Below are positions 27,084 to 41,113 of a stretch of DNA of 64,000 nucleotides, piece by piece. Every line of letters begins with the position of its first letter. Positions within the stretch are counted from its first letter, which is position 1. The notes under the pieces were generated by a model. That model was given only the letters and a program-made list of their open reading frames with translations, was not told the DNA's origin and searched no databases. The stretch is taken from NCBI GenBank assembly GCA_000165425.1, contig CT868196.1, positions 62,001 through 126,000 on the forward strand, in the 5' to 3' direction. The position numbers and the translations under genes are program-made. This stretch comes from Paramecium tetraurelia (lineage: Eukaryota).

Positions 27084-28966
27084 CGTGTTTTTGATATAAT
27101 AATTACAATATTAAATCGATCATCTAAATTAACCTCATCTCTTATTTCTCAATTCAACTCTATATATATAAATGCAATCAATTTGAAATTCTCAATTGAT
27201 GTATTTTAGCATCATTTGATTTAATGAGATTTCATTATAATTGTAGATTCTTTTCGTTGTTTACTTTCTCAGTCTAAAATATTTTAACTATTTGAAATAA
27301 ATTAATAACATCACATAAATGATTCACTAGTAAATTGATTGAAATATCTGTTTAATAACATTATTATACCAAGGACTTATTAAATGATCACTTATCCTCT
27401 CCTCTATATTTATATATACTATGTATTCCTACCTAATTCATTATGGTCATATTAAATGGATTATTATATTCAATAAGTAATATTATTATAAAATTCCTGA
27501 TGGAAGAAATTTAGATCTTAAGATTCTAAAATACTTATGACATTATGGGAACTTCAAAAGATTAAATATTACAAGTAAATCCCTTTGCAATTTTAAATGG
27601 CTCAAAATTGGGCACCAAATTCTTAAGTCATAATTAAAGAGATTAATTATACCACACATGGTTTAAATGTTTAGATTGAATTATCTAATACTTGTGCCTA
27701 TTAGTGTTTATCCTCAAACTTTACGAAATCAAACTAAAATTTATTCAGAAAGAATATCGGATTTTCATATAACTAGACCAAAGGTACCTTGACTTCTTAT
27801 GTATTTTGGGTTAAATTTCAGGTGATCAAAATTGATGTTTTGGGCAAAATCAATCTTTTTTACTCATTCTGAAAGTTGGATTTAGTATTTTTAGTCCACC
27901 ACTCAACGCTAAGTATAAATTAAACAATATTTCACAATTAGTTTTTGTTCAATTAGAATTTGTTATGCTTTAAGATCATTAGGAATAATGAACCTCTTAG
28001 TACAAAAATGAAAACAATACAAGAAACCTATTCAAAATAGTCATAAAGATAGAAAAAAAAAATAAAAACTCTTTTATTATTTAACAGAGCTTGAAAATAA
28101 TTAATCCCAATAATTTTGAAAAAATAAAAGAATAAAAATTAAATATTCAAGGTAGGTTATTATCAAGTGTGTTATTAACTTGGTCTCCAAGTAGTTGAAT
28201 ATTTGAGGATTCCAAAAAAACCAACTGAATAAGCCCAATGAATTAGAGGTTTTGAGCATATTTTAGTTATCTTGGTTTTTGAATACAAACTTTGGAATTT
28301 GAATAATATAAGTTACCAACGTCAGAATAAATAATTGGTCAGAGCATTCTAAGGAAAAGGAGTATGCATATACAAAGAGATGTTGTTGAAGATTGTAAAT
28401 TTTGGTAAAAAGCAACTTAAAGTTATTTTCATCTCAGGCTTTACCCAGTAGTTGTCATAGATCTTAAAAACAAAGTATAAGGTTCTAAATTCAAGAGGAA
28501 TTGATCCCTTTATGGGTGTAACATGATTGAATATAGTTAAAGGACCTAATGGAAGTTGTTACGAATATTTAAACAGTACTTTAGCATATTTTTAAAAAGT
28601 AATTTTGTTCAATTGATTTTCATTAGATTTTTATTTACCATTTCATCAGAACGGAGAAATAAAATTGAATTTAGTATATAAATTGGTAGGTTTTTGAGGT
28701 TTTGGAAATGTAAAAGAGGCAACACCCAAAATTGTGATTTATTTATATAAATATTTATCAATTTCATTTAATTGATTCAGTTTTTTTCGGTCTGCAAGAG
28801 TATTATTTTAAAAAATCGAAGTTTAATATAAACTTGAAAATACGAAATATCATTTATATCATTACTTACGACTTGATTTTCCGTATCCGAGTTGATAACT
28901 TAATTTATTCTTTTGGAAAATTATTTAAAAAATCTTTTTTTAACACTTCTAATTTCAAGAATCGTA

Positions 28967-29366
28967 ATGAATTTCGATGATGCTTCTTTATCTTCACTAC
29001 ATACTTACAGAGTCAAAACCCGTTAATAACAAAAAGGCATACAACCTTCTATTCAAAAATCCAAAAGAAAATACTGTCATATATCTCCAGATAGAAAGAA
29101 TTAGTTAATTTCTCTAGTGCTCGATAAAAAGCTAAGAATCAAAGATGTACTTATTATGTATTGAATTACAATAGGCTGCTTCTATATGCAGTTTAAATTA
29201 TTCCACAGCCAAAACAATACTCTATACTCTGAGACATAGACCTCCTAAGTCAGCAGTCGTTAAGCCCATTTCGAATTCAAGATAACAGAACATGACAATG
29301 AAAATTCTTATCAAGGGCAAACTAGTGAATGAGTATGATTTTTATGCAAAATCGAATCAGAGTTGA
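28967..29366 (+). CDS. small helix-turn-helix protein (ciliate NYxTAKTI family)
   Basis: KRKYCHISPDRKNQLISLVLDKKLRIKD|intron|AASICSLNYSTAKTILYTLR. Paralogous to 24860-25262. Confidence 0.8.
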
Positions 29367-30108
29367 AGTGTATTAATTACAACTCATATATAAAAATCTA
29401 TGAAATTGACATTTATTAGCATAAGGAAAGTTCGCACTCATATTTTTAATATTATCGTCTTTGAATCAGACTTTTTCAAATCATAATCCAAAAACTGAAT
29501 AAAATTTTGCATGAAAATTACTGTATTCAAAGTAATGTTTATACAATTAATTCTTTCTAAGAATTGAGATAATCATAAATTTTGCTTTAAATCTAAGTTC
29601 GCTTCGTATTTTCTATTAATTCTACATTCCAGAATGATAGGTCAAATCAATTAGACAAAATTATAAACAATCTTTTTAGAATCATTCATTAATTATTTAT
29701 AATTTCAAACATACTTTATTGATATTGTTTGAAAAATATAACATGCTCTTATATTAGATAAAACTATGTACAAAACAAGTGTTATATTAACAATCACAAT
29801 TATTTAAAATTAAATTAAAATTCATTAATTTATTTAATTAAATGATGCCTATAAATAATAATAAATAAGTTAAGGTGCTGCAATTTTAGTATATATTAAT
29901 CAATACTAATACTTCTAAATAATTAAGAGGATTTAATTTATAAAAATATCAAAAAAAGAAAGAAAACATATTAAAACATATGAAACTTTCTTTAATGAAA
30001 TTTCTTATTATGAGACTTTCATATAATTCTTAAAGGAGGTAAAGATAAAATCCTTTTCATTTGTCAATTTCTAATAAGAAATTTATTTAAATTTAATTCT
30101 AATCATAA

Positions 30109-30127
30109 TTTTTTTTTTTTTTTTTTT
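30109..30127. repeat. poly-T homopolymer (19 nt)
   Basis: Directly visible run in a long AT-rich intergenic region. Confidence 0.9.
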
Positions 30128-30993
30128 ATTAGCTATTTTCACATAATATCCAATTGATACAATGCTTAAGTGAAATAATATCAATTAATATATTTCTTTC
30201 AAATTATTTCATCAAATTTTCCATATAAATTAGAATATATAGCTTAAAATTAATGTAAAACTCCTTGCCTTCTCACTTAAATTTATGAGAATACATAGAT
30301 AGATAGGGTTTAGAGCAACTGAACTCAAGGAACACTCATAAAAATATCAAAAACCTAATTTTAATTGTTGAGTGATTGTTCAATTAAATAAATTTAACCT
30401 ATAATAAGAAAGCTTATATCATCTGTTTATATTGTTTAGTGCTTTGAAAACACTTATCCTGTGAATTATGTAAATAAGGAATTCATTTAAGAATGAAATT
30501 ATGGTTTCATTATTTTAGTGGATCCAAAGTTGATTATATGAAATCCAATTTGATGGTGATGTTTCTTAATATATTAAATTAATTTAACTTATTCTGGTTA
30601 TCTGGAAGCAAAGCTCTGGATATTCTTTGAAATTTTAGATTAGTATATCCAATATTTAATACAAGGACAAGAAGAATACAATCAAAAATTCTCTTCAAAA
30701 TGGTTAAATAGTTAGCTTCATGATGAAAAACTAATAATAAATTATAATACTAAAAGTTAAAAGGCAAACTAACCTCATTTAATATAAATCCATTAATAAA
30801 AGTAAAGGCTTTCACATGGCTTCAAATAATTTATAGTAAAATAATTTGTGGCTGAATTTCATCCTAAACATTTTGAGACCTTAGAAGCATAGATTAAAAA
30901 ATTGAAATGATAATTATAAGTTTATATACTTTTTGATTTATAACTTTAATATAAATCAATCAATTTAATAAAATATAAATAGAGAATTATAAT

Positions 30994-32440
<1,447 letters not shown>

Positions 32441-32539
32441 TCAATGAAATTAATTCTTTTGTAATATAAATATACAATCATTCTGCAAGATAATTTTAAT
32501 AAGAAATAAGGTCCTCAATTTAATTAATTTAAGGAATTT

Positions 32540-34916
32540 ATGAATAATCAATAATTACCAACAACTATTTAAGAATTAGATATTGACACTAAAGAGTTGA
32601 ATAGAAGAATTCGATAATTATAAAATTGGAAGGCTGTCCTCTCTATTTTTCAGTCAGACAACTTTACTCCAGAGATATTGATACATTATTTTATGGCAAC
32701 TTTCAATGAGGCTGGACCTCATCAATATTTAACTAACAGTTTGTATCATATGCCCAAAAAGTTCATCGAATATTATATTCCCTAATTTGTGTAATATTTC
32801 AGTCTAATATCTAGATATATGGTGGTCAAGAATGGGTCTTAAAGTATGGAAACTTTCTTAGAATCATTAAGTTCCTTAAGCATTGCAAATTATTTTAAAA
32901 TACTTTGGTGTCTGATTGCCTATTCTTAAGATGAAAAAAGGTATAGCAAAATATATTCTAAATTGGAATCCTTTTAAAGGGTAAATTTGTATCCATTTAT
33001 TTAAGCGATTAGAGAAAGAAATGATTAATGGTGCTCTTAAAATGAGTAACGATGAAATTGAGTAAAACAAGGATAATCCATAGTTTTAGGAGTGTATACT
33101 ATTTGTCTAACATTTCTATAGTATTGATGAAGAAATGCATGGAGAAGGAGTTCAGATCTCATTACATGATTGCCCAAGACCGATTCATTATTTAAATGAT
33201 TCAATTATCCTTAACACTAAAATCAATTGAAAATGATAGCAGAAAGAAATATCTAGTATCCTAAATTTAAAAGGGTAATAATGCGATCAAGCGAATGACT
33301 AACATGAATAGGAGGTTAGCTTATTTCAGGGGAATAGTAATACCATTTTAGAGGGATAATGAATATTCCGAAGCATCTAATTTAGTATTTTTTCATTTAA
33401 AAGTTAAAGATGGTAAATATATGCGAGGAGGGAGCAGCATGTTTTAACACAAAAACTAGAGTTCCTTATAGAATTGTAATTGAAACCATCAGCATCATAG
33501 AACAGCAAGAAAAGATTGATTCAACAAAAGTAGATGAAAATGAATGCGATGCCTTGAATGATACTGAAGATTTTATATAAATGGATGTACCTAATAATTT
33601 AGAAGAGTAAATGAAACAGTTAACCAATGAGAAATAGTAGGATACGATTTTCAACTAATTGATAAAATACGATAGTTAGAGTTCCAGTTTTAAAGATTTT
33701 GATGATTTGAATCAAACTTTAGAAGCAAACTAAAATTAAGATATGCTTAAAAAAAGAAGTAGTTCTTGGTCAGACACTGAAAATTCATAAGCAGCTGTAG
33801 AACGCTAGGAAACACGTAGTCCTTAAAAAAGTAAAGATTTGGAGGATAGCTTTTCATAATCCAGTTCAGAACATCAGATTTCTATATTAAAAATTGGTGT
33901 TGTCGAATAAAATTAGTAAATTTAGGGAATTATTTAATCTCCAATATAATAAAGATCTTCTGTAAATTATATTCAGAATAAATCGAATTCTAATTTAAAT
34001 CCATGGGGAGAAGATTGGAAAGATAAAATTAATAGAATTAAACAAGAATCAAAATTTAAAGATTTCGAATCTTTATAGATTAGGATTATAATGGTGAAAG
34101 GAGGTGATGATTTAAGGCAAGAGTTACTAATAATGCAGGTGATATAAAAGATGCATGAGATTTTTAGATCAGCTTAATTGAATTTATTTTTGAAACCATA
34201 TGAAATAATAGTAGTGTCTGAGAATTCTGGGATATTAGGTAAAGTATAATGAGTTATTTGATAGAATTTGTTTAAAATACAGTTTCAATGGATGGACTAA
34301 AGAAATATTTGGATAAGCAAAAATTAAGTTTGGTTTAGTTTTATAAATAATATTTTGACTCTGATTACCATTAAGCTCAAAAGAATTTTGTAGAAAGCTT
34401 GGCAGGATATTCTCTACTGAGCTATTTTTTATAAATAAAGGATAGACATAATGGAAATATTCTTGTTGATAATTAGGGGCATTTGATTCACATAGATTTT
34501 GGATTTGCTCTTTCAATTTCACCAGGTAATGCTGGATTTGAGACTGCTCCATTTAAGATGACGAAGGATTATTTAGAAATAATGGATAATAAAAATTCGA
34601 GCATGTTTGAATATTTTAGAAGATTGATGTTTAGTGGATTTATGGAAATCAGAAAATACTGTGCTTCTATCTTTTAAATTATTGAGATAATGATGGAAAA
34701 GAGCAATTTTAATTGTTTTAAATATTTTGATTTTTCTGAATTCAAATAACGATTTTTGTTGAATAAGACTGAGATATAAGTAAATTGTAATTTAATAATA
34801 TAAATTAGTGTAGACAAGAGATTGACAAATTAATATAAATGAGCATTGAAGACTCTCGTACTAGTACTAAGCTTTATGATTAATTTCAATATCTAACTAA
34901 TGGAATATACCATTGA
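32540..34916 (+). CDS. PI4KB: phosphatidylinositol 4-kinase (type III beta-like)
   Basis: FNTKTRVPY, NPWGEDW, VKGGDDLRQE, SLAGYSLLSYFLQIKDRHNGNIL, HIDFGF, FETAPFKMT and LYDQFQYLTNGIY. Confidence 0.93.
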
Positions 34917-35015
34917 GTGTATTTTCATATAAGTGACAGTGATTAATTTGTATAAAATGTAATATCATAACAAATTATGAATGTGATCATATATTAATCA
35001 ATTAAATATATCTAA

Positions 35016-36501
35016 ATGCATATCATATTTTAGTGTCTTGTACTAACATTATTGATTATTACTTCACTATCTTAAAGTTGTTTAAACTCAGATGGAAAAG
35101 AAGTAGATTGGTGGTTTATCTTAAAAATGCCATTGAACCGAGATGATGAATGGACAGGTAAATAATCATAAGGTATCAACATAAGGTCTTGAGTATTTTT
35201 ATTGTGACAGTGTGGATGAATGCAAGAAATTCGATTTACAAGATGACGATGTAAATGACAGTACATCTCCACTAATGAAAACACTCGATTAGGTTAATTT
35301 TAGTGATACGAGTGTCATTAGTATGTTATGGAGCGACTAGCCAAAACATAAAGTGCATCATTCAAATCATGCTCATTCAAAGGGAATTATGAGTGCAAGT
35401 TTAGTTGGAACTAAAAATGCGTTTATTATCTCCCATTCAACACCAAGATTCCCAAAACTAGATGATAATGGAAAGTATTATTCTTATTCAACATATTTAG
35501 AGTAGATACCAATGTAGAGAACAATTTTCCTAGAAACGGCTAACATTTTTTGTGTTTTTCAACAACTACAGATGCCATAAATGACGATTTAGCTGATATG
35601 TATTACCAAGCTGAAATCTTGATAGACTAGGTTAGTTCTACTCCTAAGAAGAATACATTTTTAGGTACAGATAAATATACAGCTTTATAAAACTTATGGT
35701 ACTCTAAATTACCTGGAAAGGGTGAAACACGTCATCGTTATTCTCAAGATGTAACATTCCTTATTTATATTTATCAAGGCTGATCATAGTCACACAGTAT
35801 TTACCACAAGAGGAAATCAGAAATTTAAAGTTTTTGCACAAAATCCTAAGTATGGCCAAGATATCTACTCTGAACTGATAGTAGGAGAACTTATGCAAAA
35901 TTTGATTATGGAGACATGGGTCAGACGACCTAAAGCAGCGGGTCTGGAAAAACCAGTATGCGACACTTATGAATCTTCTTCTAATGAAAAAGTATCCTAT
36001 TCTGGAAAAACTGCAGGTGGTGACACAATTACGTTTGAATATTCCTACACTAAAGATCATTCGAAATATGGAATAACTTAACCAAAAGAAGTTGCATCCG
36101 CCTCAAAAGGAGGATCGTTTATCGCAACAGATTATTCACATCCATCTTTGAATGGTTAAATCTTAGTAAGTGGAAAGCACCTAAGAAAAAAGAGTCTAGA
36201 AGAAGAAGATATCTAATTAGGACAAGGAGGAGGAGGAGGAGGAGAAACATCTTCTGGCATGGAAGTTGATACTAAACCCACTACCACAAAGAGGAAAGCA
36301 GGTGATGACGATGATGATGATGAGGATTCAGCTCCTCCAGCAAAAAGAAAGGCAGCAGAGAAAGAGGATAAATATGTTTGTGTCAGTGATTTGAATAGAC
36401 AGGAATCTTAGTGGCATCGAGGAGGACTTGTCTACTGTTTTTATAATGAGCATTTATGGAAACATATTGATACCGCATTTATTGGAAAAGATCGTTGTTG
36501 A
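35016..36501 (+). CDS. deoxyribonuclease II family protein with a large acidic/basic insertion
   Basis: Signal peptide, then SCLNSDGKEVDWWFILKMP, AHSKG, ISHSTPRFP, NGQHFLCFS, DHSKYGI and YVCVSDLNRQESQWHRGG. Confidence 0.92.
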
Positions 36502-37148
36502 GAAAATTGATTATGCAATACACAATAAAACATTCATTAAATTCATTTATTTCATAAATTTTTCAAAATTTCAAGTAGAACTTGAATATCACTTTAGAAT
36601 TAAATATAAAATGTTTAAAAATACAATCAAACATTATTTTATGAGACTGAGGACATCTCTTTTTGATAAATTAAATGTGTAAGTTTTAATTATTAGACGA
36701 ATTTAAATGTTTAAATTAGTTTAAAAGAACTACTATGAATAAATAAACTACCTTAATATAACTATGTTTAAATGTAATCATATTATTGAGGAACTCATCT
36801 AGAATGAATTGATTGGATTGTAAGGTGATTTCCCCAATTTAAAAAATTGAATTCATTAATAATAGGAATAATATTGCTTAATTTAGAAATATCGAAAATA
36901 AAAAGAGTCAGTGAGCATTTAAATATGAGGAATAATATAGAATGTTTGATTAATTACAAATTAAAGAGAGATATGCAAATATTATAATAATAGTATATGA
37001 ACCAGTTCTATAAATTTATAGAGATTAGTATATTAATAGAATCGTCAAATAAATTTGTTTTGCATTCAACAAATCAGTCGTAATTCCATAGATGCTGATA
37101 ATGATAATCAATTTTTTTGTTAATATTGAATAAATATTTTTTTTAATA

Positions 37149-37565
37149 ATGTTTTGTTGCTCAAATGTAAAAAAGAAATCAGCACAATCAGCTCAAAATA
37201 AGCTGAATAATCATCAACATTCTCTAGTAATGAGTTTTAATATACAAGGAACAAACTCTCAATATTAATGACGAGGCATTCACATTTCATACCACTATGC
37301 AAATCTAACACATTAATACCATTCCAACCTAAAAGATTACTCAAGACTTATAAACTATTAGGTTTAAGAAAGTTTTATAATTAGGAGTAGCAGATCGAAT
37401 AGCAGAGGGACTAGAAATAATGATCATGTGGCATAATCAATTCTTGTAAAACCTTTCAGAAAAACTCCTTTTCTAACTTTCAACAAAAAAGGAACTGATA
37501 CTACAACCAAATATCTATCTACAAAACAAGGATATACTCTTCTTCTTACTAGGACTACTCAATGA
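37149..37565 (+). CDS. small hypothetical protein
   Basis: MFCCSNVKKKSAQSAQ... with a Cys-Cys N-terminus, ending ...LLTRTTQ TGA. The internal exon structure is not resolved. Confidence 0.55.
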
Positions 37566-38343
37566 ACTCTATCAGATTTTATCTATTTTTGTGATTTTAT
37601 TTTATTGAAGATAATAGATTATTATTCACTCAAATAAACTGTATTATTCATTTTATACAAATCGTTTGGAATCATAGGATAATTGATTCTCATTTGAAAG
37701 TCCTTCAATAATTAAAATAACATTTTACTTCATTGTATTGAAACTCTCCTCCCCAAGTTGATTGTTATTTAGCATTTTAATTAAGTAATTACAAGCCTTT
37801 ATGAATTTCTTTAAATCAATCTTTATTTGAATTTAATTTACATTTTTTTTACATTAGGATAAATATTTGTTTATTTTTAGAATAACTATTAGGTATTCGT
37901 TGTTTTGTAAAAGGGTATAAATACTATTTCATTTTTCAATCTATTTATTCAACTAAATAGTTGCTAAAGCATTCAAATACAATTACAGCATATTACATTA
38001 ACATTTTATATGTGTTATTGAGATAATTTAATTCTATTAATAATTGCTTATTCCAATAAGTTTGAATAATTACATATTAGTTAAAAGAAAGTATTACCTG
38101 AGAAATCAAGTTATTATGCTTAAGGAGTTGTAATTTCTTCTGAATTCTATATTCTCTATCAAATTATAGGTTCTGATTTCTTTTATTCTAGATGGTTATA
38201 CTTTATGTTAAAAATTTATAATCCAAATTGGAATTGGTTTGGTTTATATTTCATCGATATTAGAACAGTCTATGAATTGTTTTCTAATGGAAATTGAGAT
38301 TTTTGCAATAATAATTACGTTAATATATAATTTACCAAAAACT

Positions 38344-39449
38344 ATGGATAAATATAAAATTGGAAAGGTATTAGGAGATGGAACCTTTGGGTCAGTCTAT
38401 AAAGCAGTAGATGAAACAACTGGTTAAATTGTTGCTATTAAGAAAATGAAGCACAAATATAACAAATGGGATGAATGCATAAATCTTCCGGAAATCAAAT
38501 CGCTGTTGAAATTGCATCATCCGAACATAGTGAAATTATACGAGATTATTAAGCAGAACGATGAATTGCATTTTGTATTTGAATTTATGGAACGCAATGT
38601 CTATCATCTAATGAAAGATAGATAAAAGCCATTTAACGAGATTCATATTCGGAATATCATATATTAAACCTTACAGGGACTGGCATACATGTAAAACTCA
38701 ATTAGAATAATAGGCATAAAATAGGTTACTTCCACAGAGATTTAAAACCAGAAAATTTGTTAGAGTCGAATGGCACGATAAAAATAGCGGATTTTGGATT
38801 GGCAAGAGACATCAGGTCTTCTCCTCCATTCACAGATTACGTTTCTACAAGATGGTATAGAGCTCCAGAAGTAATTTTGAGATCTAATGAATACAACTCT
38901 CCTATTGACATCTTTGCAATAGGTTGTATAATGGCTGAGTTATACAGATTATGGCCTCTCTTTCCTGGCACTTGTGATACGGATTAATTGCAAAAGATCT
39001 GCGAAATCATGGGAACACCTTCAGAATAGGATTGGCCAGATGGTATAACGTTTAAAATCCAATTATTAGGTTATAAATTAGCTGCTAAAATACAACACCG
39101 TTTTCCTAAGAACATTTAACCAAAACCATTGTCATAAGTCATTACTTAAGCTAGTGATGATGCTCTTGATTTAATTTCTTAGATGCTTCGCTACAATCCT
39201 CTGAAACGACCGAATGCAAGTTAGGCTCTGGCTCATCGTTATTTTATTGTTGCCCTTCCCATCCTTCCCTCTTTGGATAATATTGAACAATAGCAGGATT
39301 AAGATTACACCAACTTTTAATAGGATGATTAATAACAAGATTAGCGATTTGGACCTCAGAATCAATAAAATATCTCTCTGTTTTATATGAAAAATGCTAG
39401 ATATAAACCTGGGTATACTTGTATATTAGAGAATGCTGAAGATAATTGA
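38344..39449 (+). CDS. MAK/ICK (RCK family) serine/threonine kinase
   Basis: [49 protein letters not shown], and a C-terminal [10 protein letters not shown] motif. Confidence 0.93.
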
Positions 39450-39733
39450 TTAATGATAAATATCCACATAAAATTACACTATTCAAAATATAAACCATCT
39501 TATAAAATATCATTATAGAATTCAATTATATTTGAAGAAGATTTTTCATATTATTATAATTGCTCTAATATTAAGCACTTTGATTTGAATTTAAACTTAA
39601 TTTTTTAAAATTTCTTAAAAGTCAATATAAAAATGAAGAAAGTTTGAAAATATTTGAATATTTAATTTAAAATTAATTAAACATTCATATAATTTGAATA
39701 GAGATCGTTAAATTAAATATTTTTAAATAATTA

Positions 39734-39804
39734 TAGCCTCACACCTCCAAAGGAACCCTCTCTAAAGCGTCTATCTCCTCCTCTCACATTTTCTGGGAAT
39801 ACAT
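39734..39804 (-). pseudogene. possible decayed protein-kinase N-lobe fragment
   Basis: Isolated GC-richer island reading ...EEIDAL[G]EGSFGGVRL if one base is restored. This resembles the Gly-rich loop LGEGSFGxV. Confidence 0.3.
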
Positions 39805-39890
39805 ATTTGAATTATTTGAATATTTTAAAAATGGAGTGATCATTGAATAATAAATAATAATAGATGTTCTATATTTTTTATATATATAAT

Positions 39891-41109
39891 TCAGATTATA
39901 GTCTAACTCTAATTTTTCAATTAAAAATAGGCAGTGGATTTGGTAGTGCAAATAAAAGCACAAAAAACCATGCAAAAATGGGAAACCAGAATAGAAGTCA
40001 TTGTAATTACTCGATTTTTCCAATATGAAACCACGAATACCTCGGAGATAAATACCACAACCGGGTAGTGAATCTAGTATAAGATTCCAACCAGAGCAAT
40101 TAAGAAAATAAATTGTTTTTATTTAACTTACTTATTCAGATTATGAATTCCATAAGAGTATAGAAATGTCAATCCAATTTTCGATAACATCAACAACCAT
40201 CCTCCAATTCCATAAAAATTATGATACTTGTCTTCACTTCCATCAAAATACTTAATGATTATCATAATAATCGACTGATACACTACGATCATTGAGATGA
40301 AGGGAAAGAATTAAACTGTATTGAGTTCTTGCTTCGTAATAGTCCAGCCTTGTGACAATGCCACAAATAGAAATGCGAACAACAATTAAGAGGCATTGTT
40401 ACATATGCTGCCTAATAGATCAAAGAAATAGATCCCCACTCCATTATAAACTGTATAATGTATAATGCAGGAAAAACAGCACTTCAGCGATGATATCGAT
40501 TAAGAGTACTCTCGTGACATATTTGATAAACTGATCGTCCTTTCCTTTTATTAGACAATACGCTCCAATAAGAATACTGCAAATAATTTGGATTCCATAT
40601 AGTTTTTGAATTCCATTATCTTCACAAGAAAAGTGAGATTCATTATTTAAAGCGGTAATTTCCATTTCTATTGAATATCCTTCAACCTTAGCCAACTCTC
40701 CATCGCAATCTGAAGTAGCCACAATGTAGATCTTATCTCTGTAATACAAATTTATCTTCTTTTATTTAAGATTACTCCAATTACCATTTAATGGCAATTT
40801 TTCTCTCTCTTAATAAGTGCCCAACGATCTCTTATTGCTACACTTAGGTTCCCTCTTTTACATAGGCCAATAATCATCAGTGAAGATGTGGAATCTGAAG
40901 TAAACAAAATCATCTGTTTATTCATCGAATGGTTTGGTTAGTCTAGCTCTGAAAGAGTATGTGCCTTTTCCTAGATCGATCCCAAATTTTTATAAGAAAT
41001 AGATGTTATCTCTTAAATCATTCACAGGAAAGGTGACTCTGGTGAATTTTGCAGCTGCGATAGTTAAATATAATAAAATAAACATAGATAAATTTTTATT
41101 TGATATCAT
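39891..41109 (-). CDS. TMEM145/GPR180-like multi-pass membrane protein (apparent +1 frameshift at about 40449)
   Basis: Signal peptide MFILLYLTIAAA (alternative ATG at 41085), FLQKFG, SHFSCEDNG, HY..Y.YNGVG, VALSQGWTI and YFDGSE..YHNFYG, plus several TM helices. Confidence 0.8.
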
Positions 41110-41113
41110 AAAC

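Noticed and set aside
28500..28530. DPFMG motif suggesting a DNA methyltransferase
   Set aside because: It is not followed by the expected SGTT, a TGA follows within a few codons, and no DPPY/SPPY motif is seen.
29370..30990. 1.6-kb gene-free region with a poly-T run
   Set aside because: No ORF, repeat unit or structure that I could support; treated as ordinary AT-rich intergenic DNA.
36226..36325. GGA and GAT triplet runs as microsatellites or a repeat array
   Set aside because: They are in-frame poly-Gly and poly-Asp codons of the DNase II insertion.
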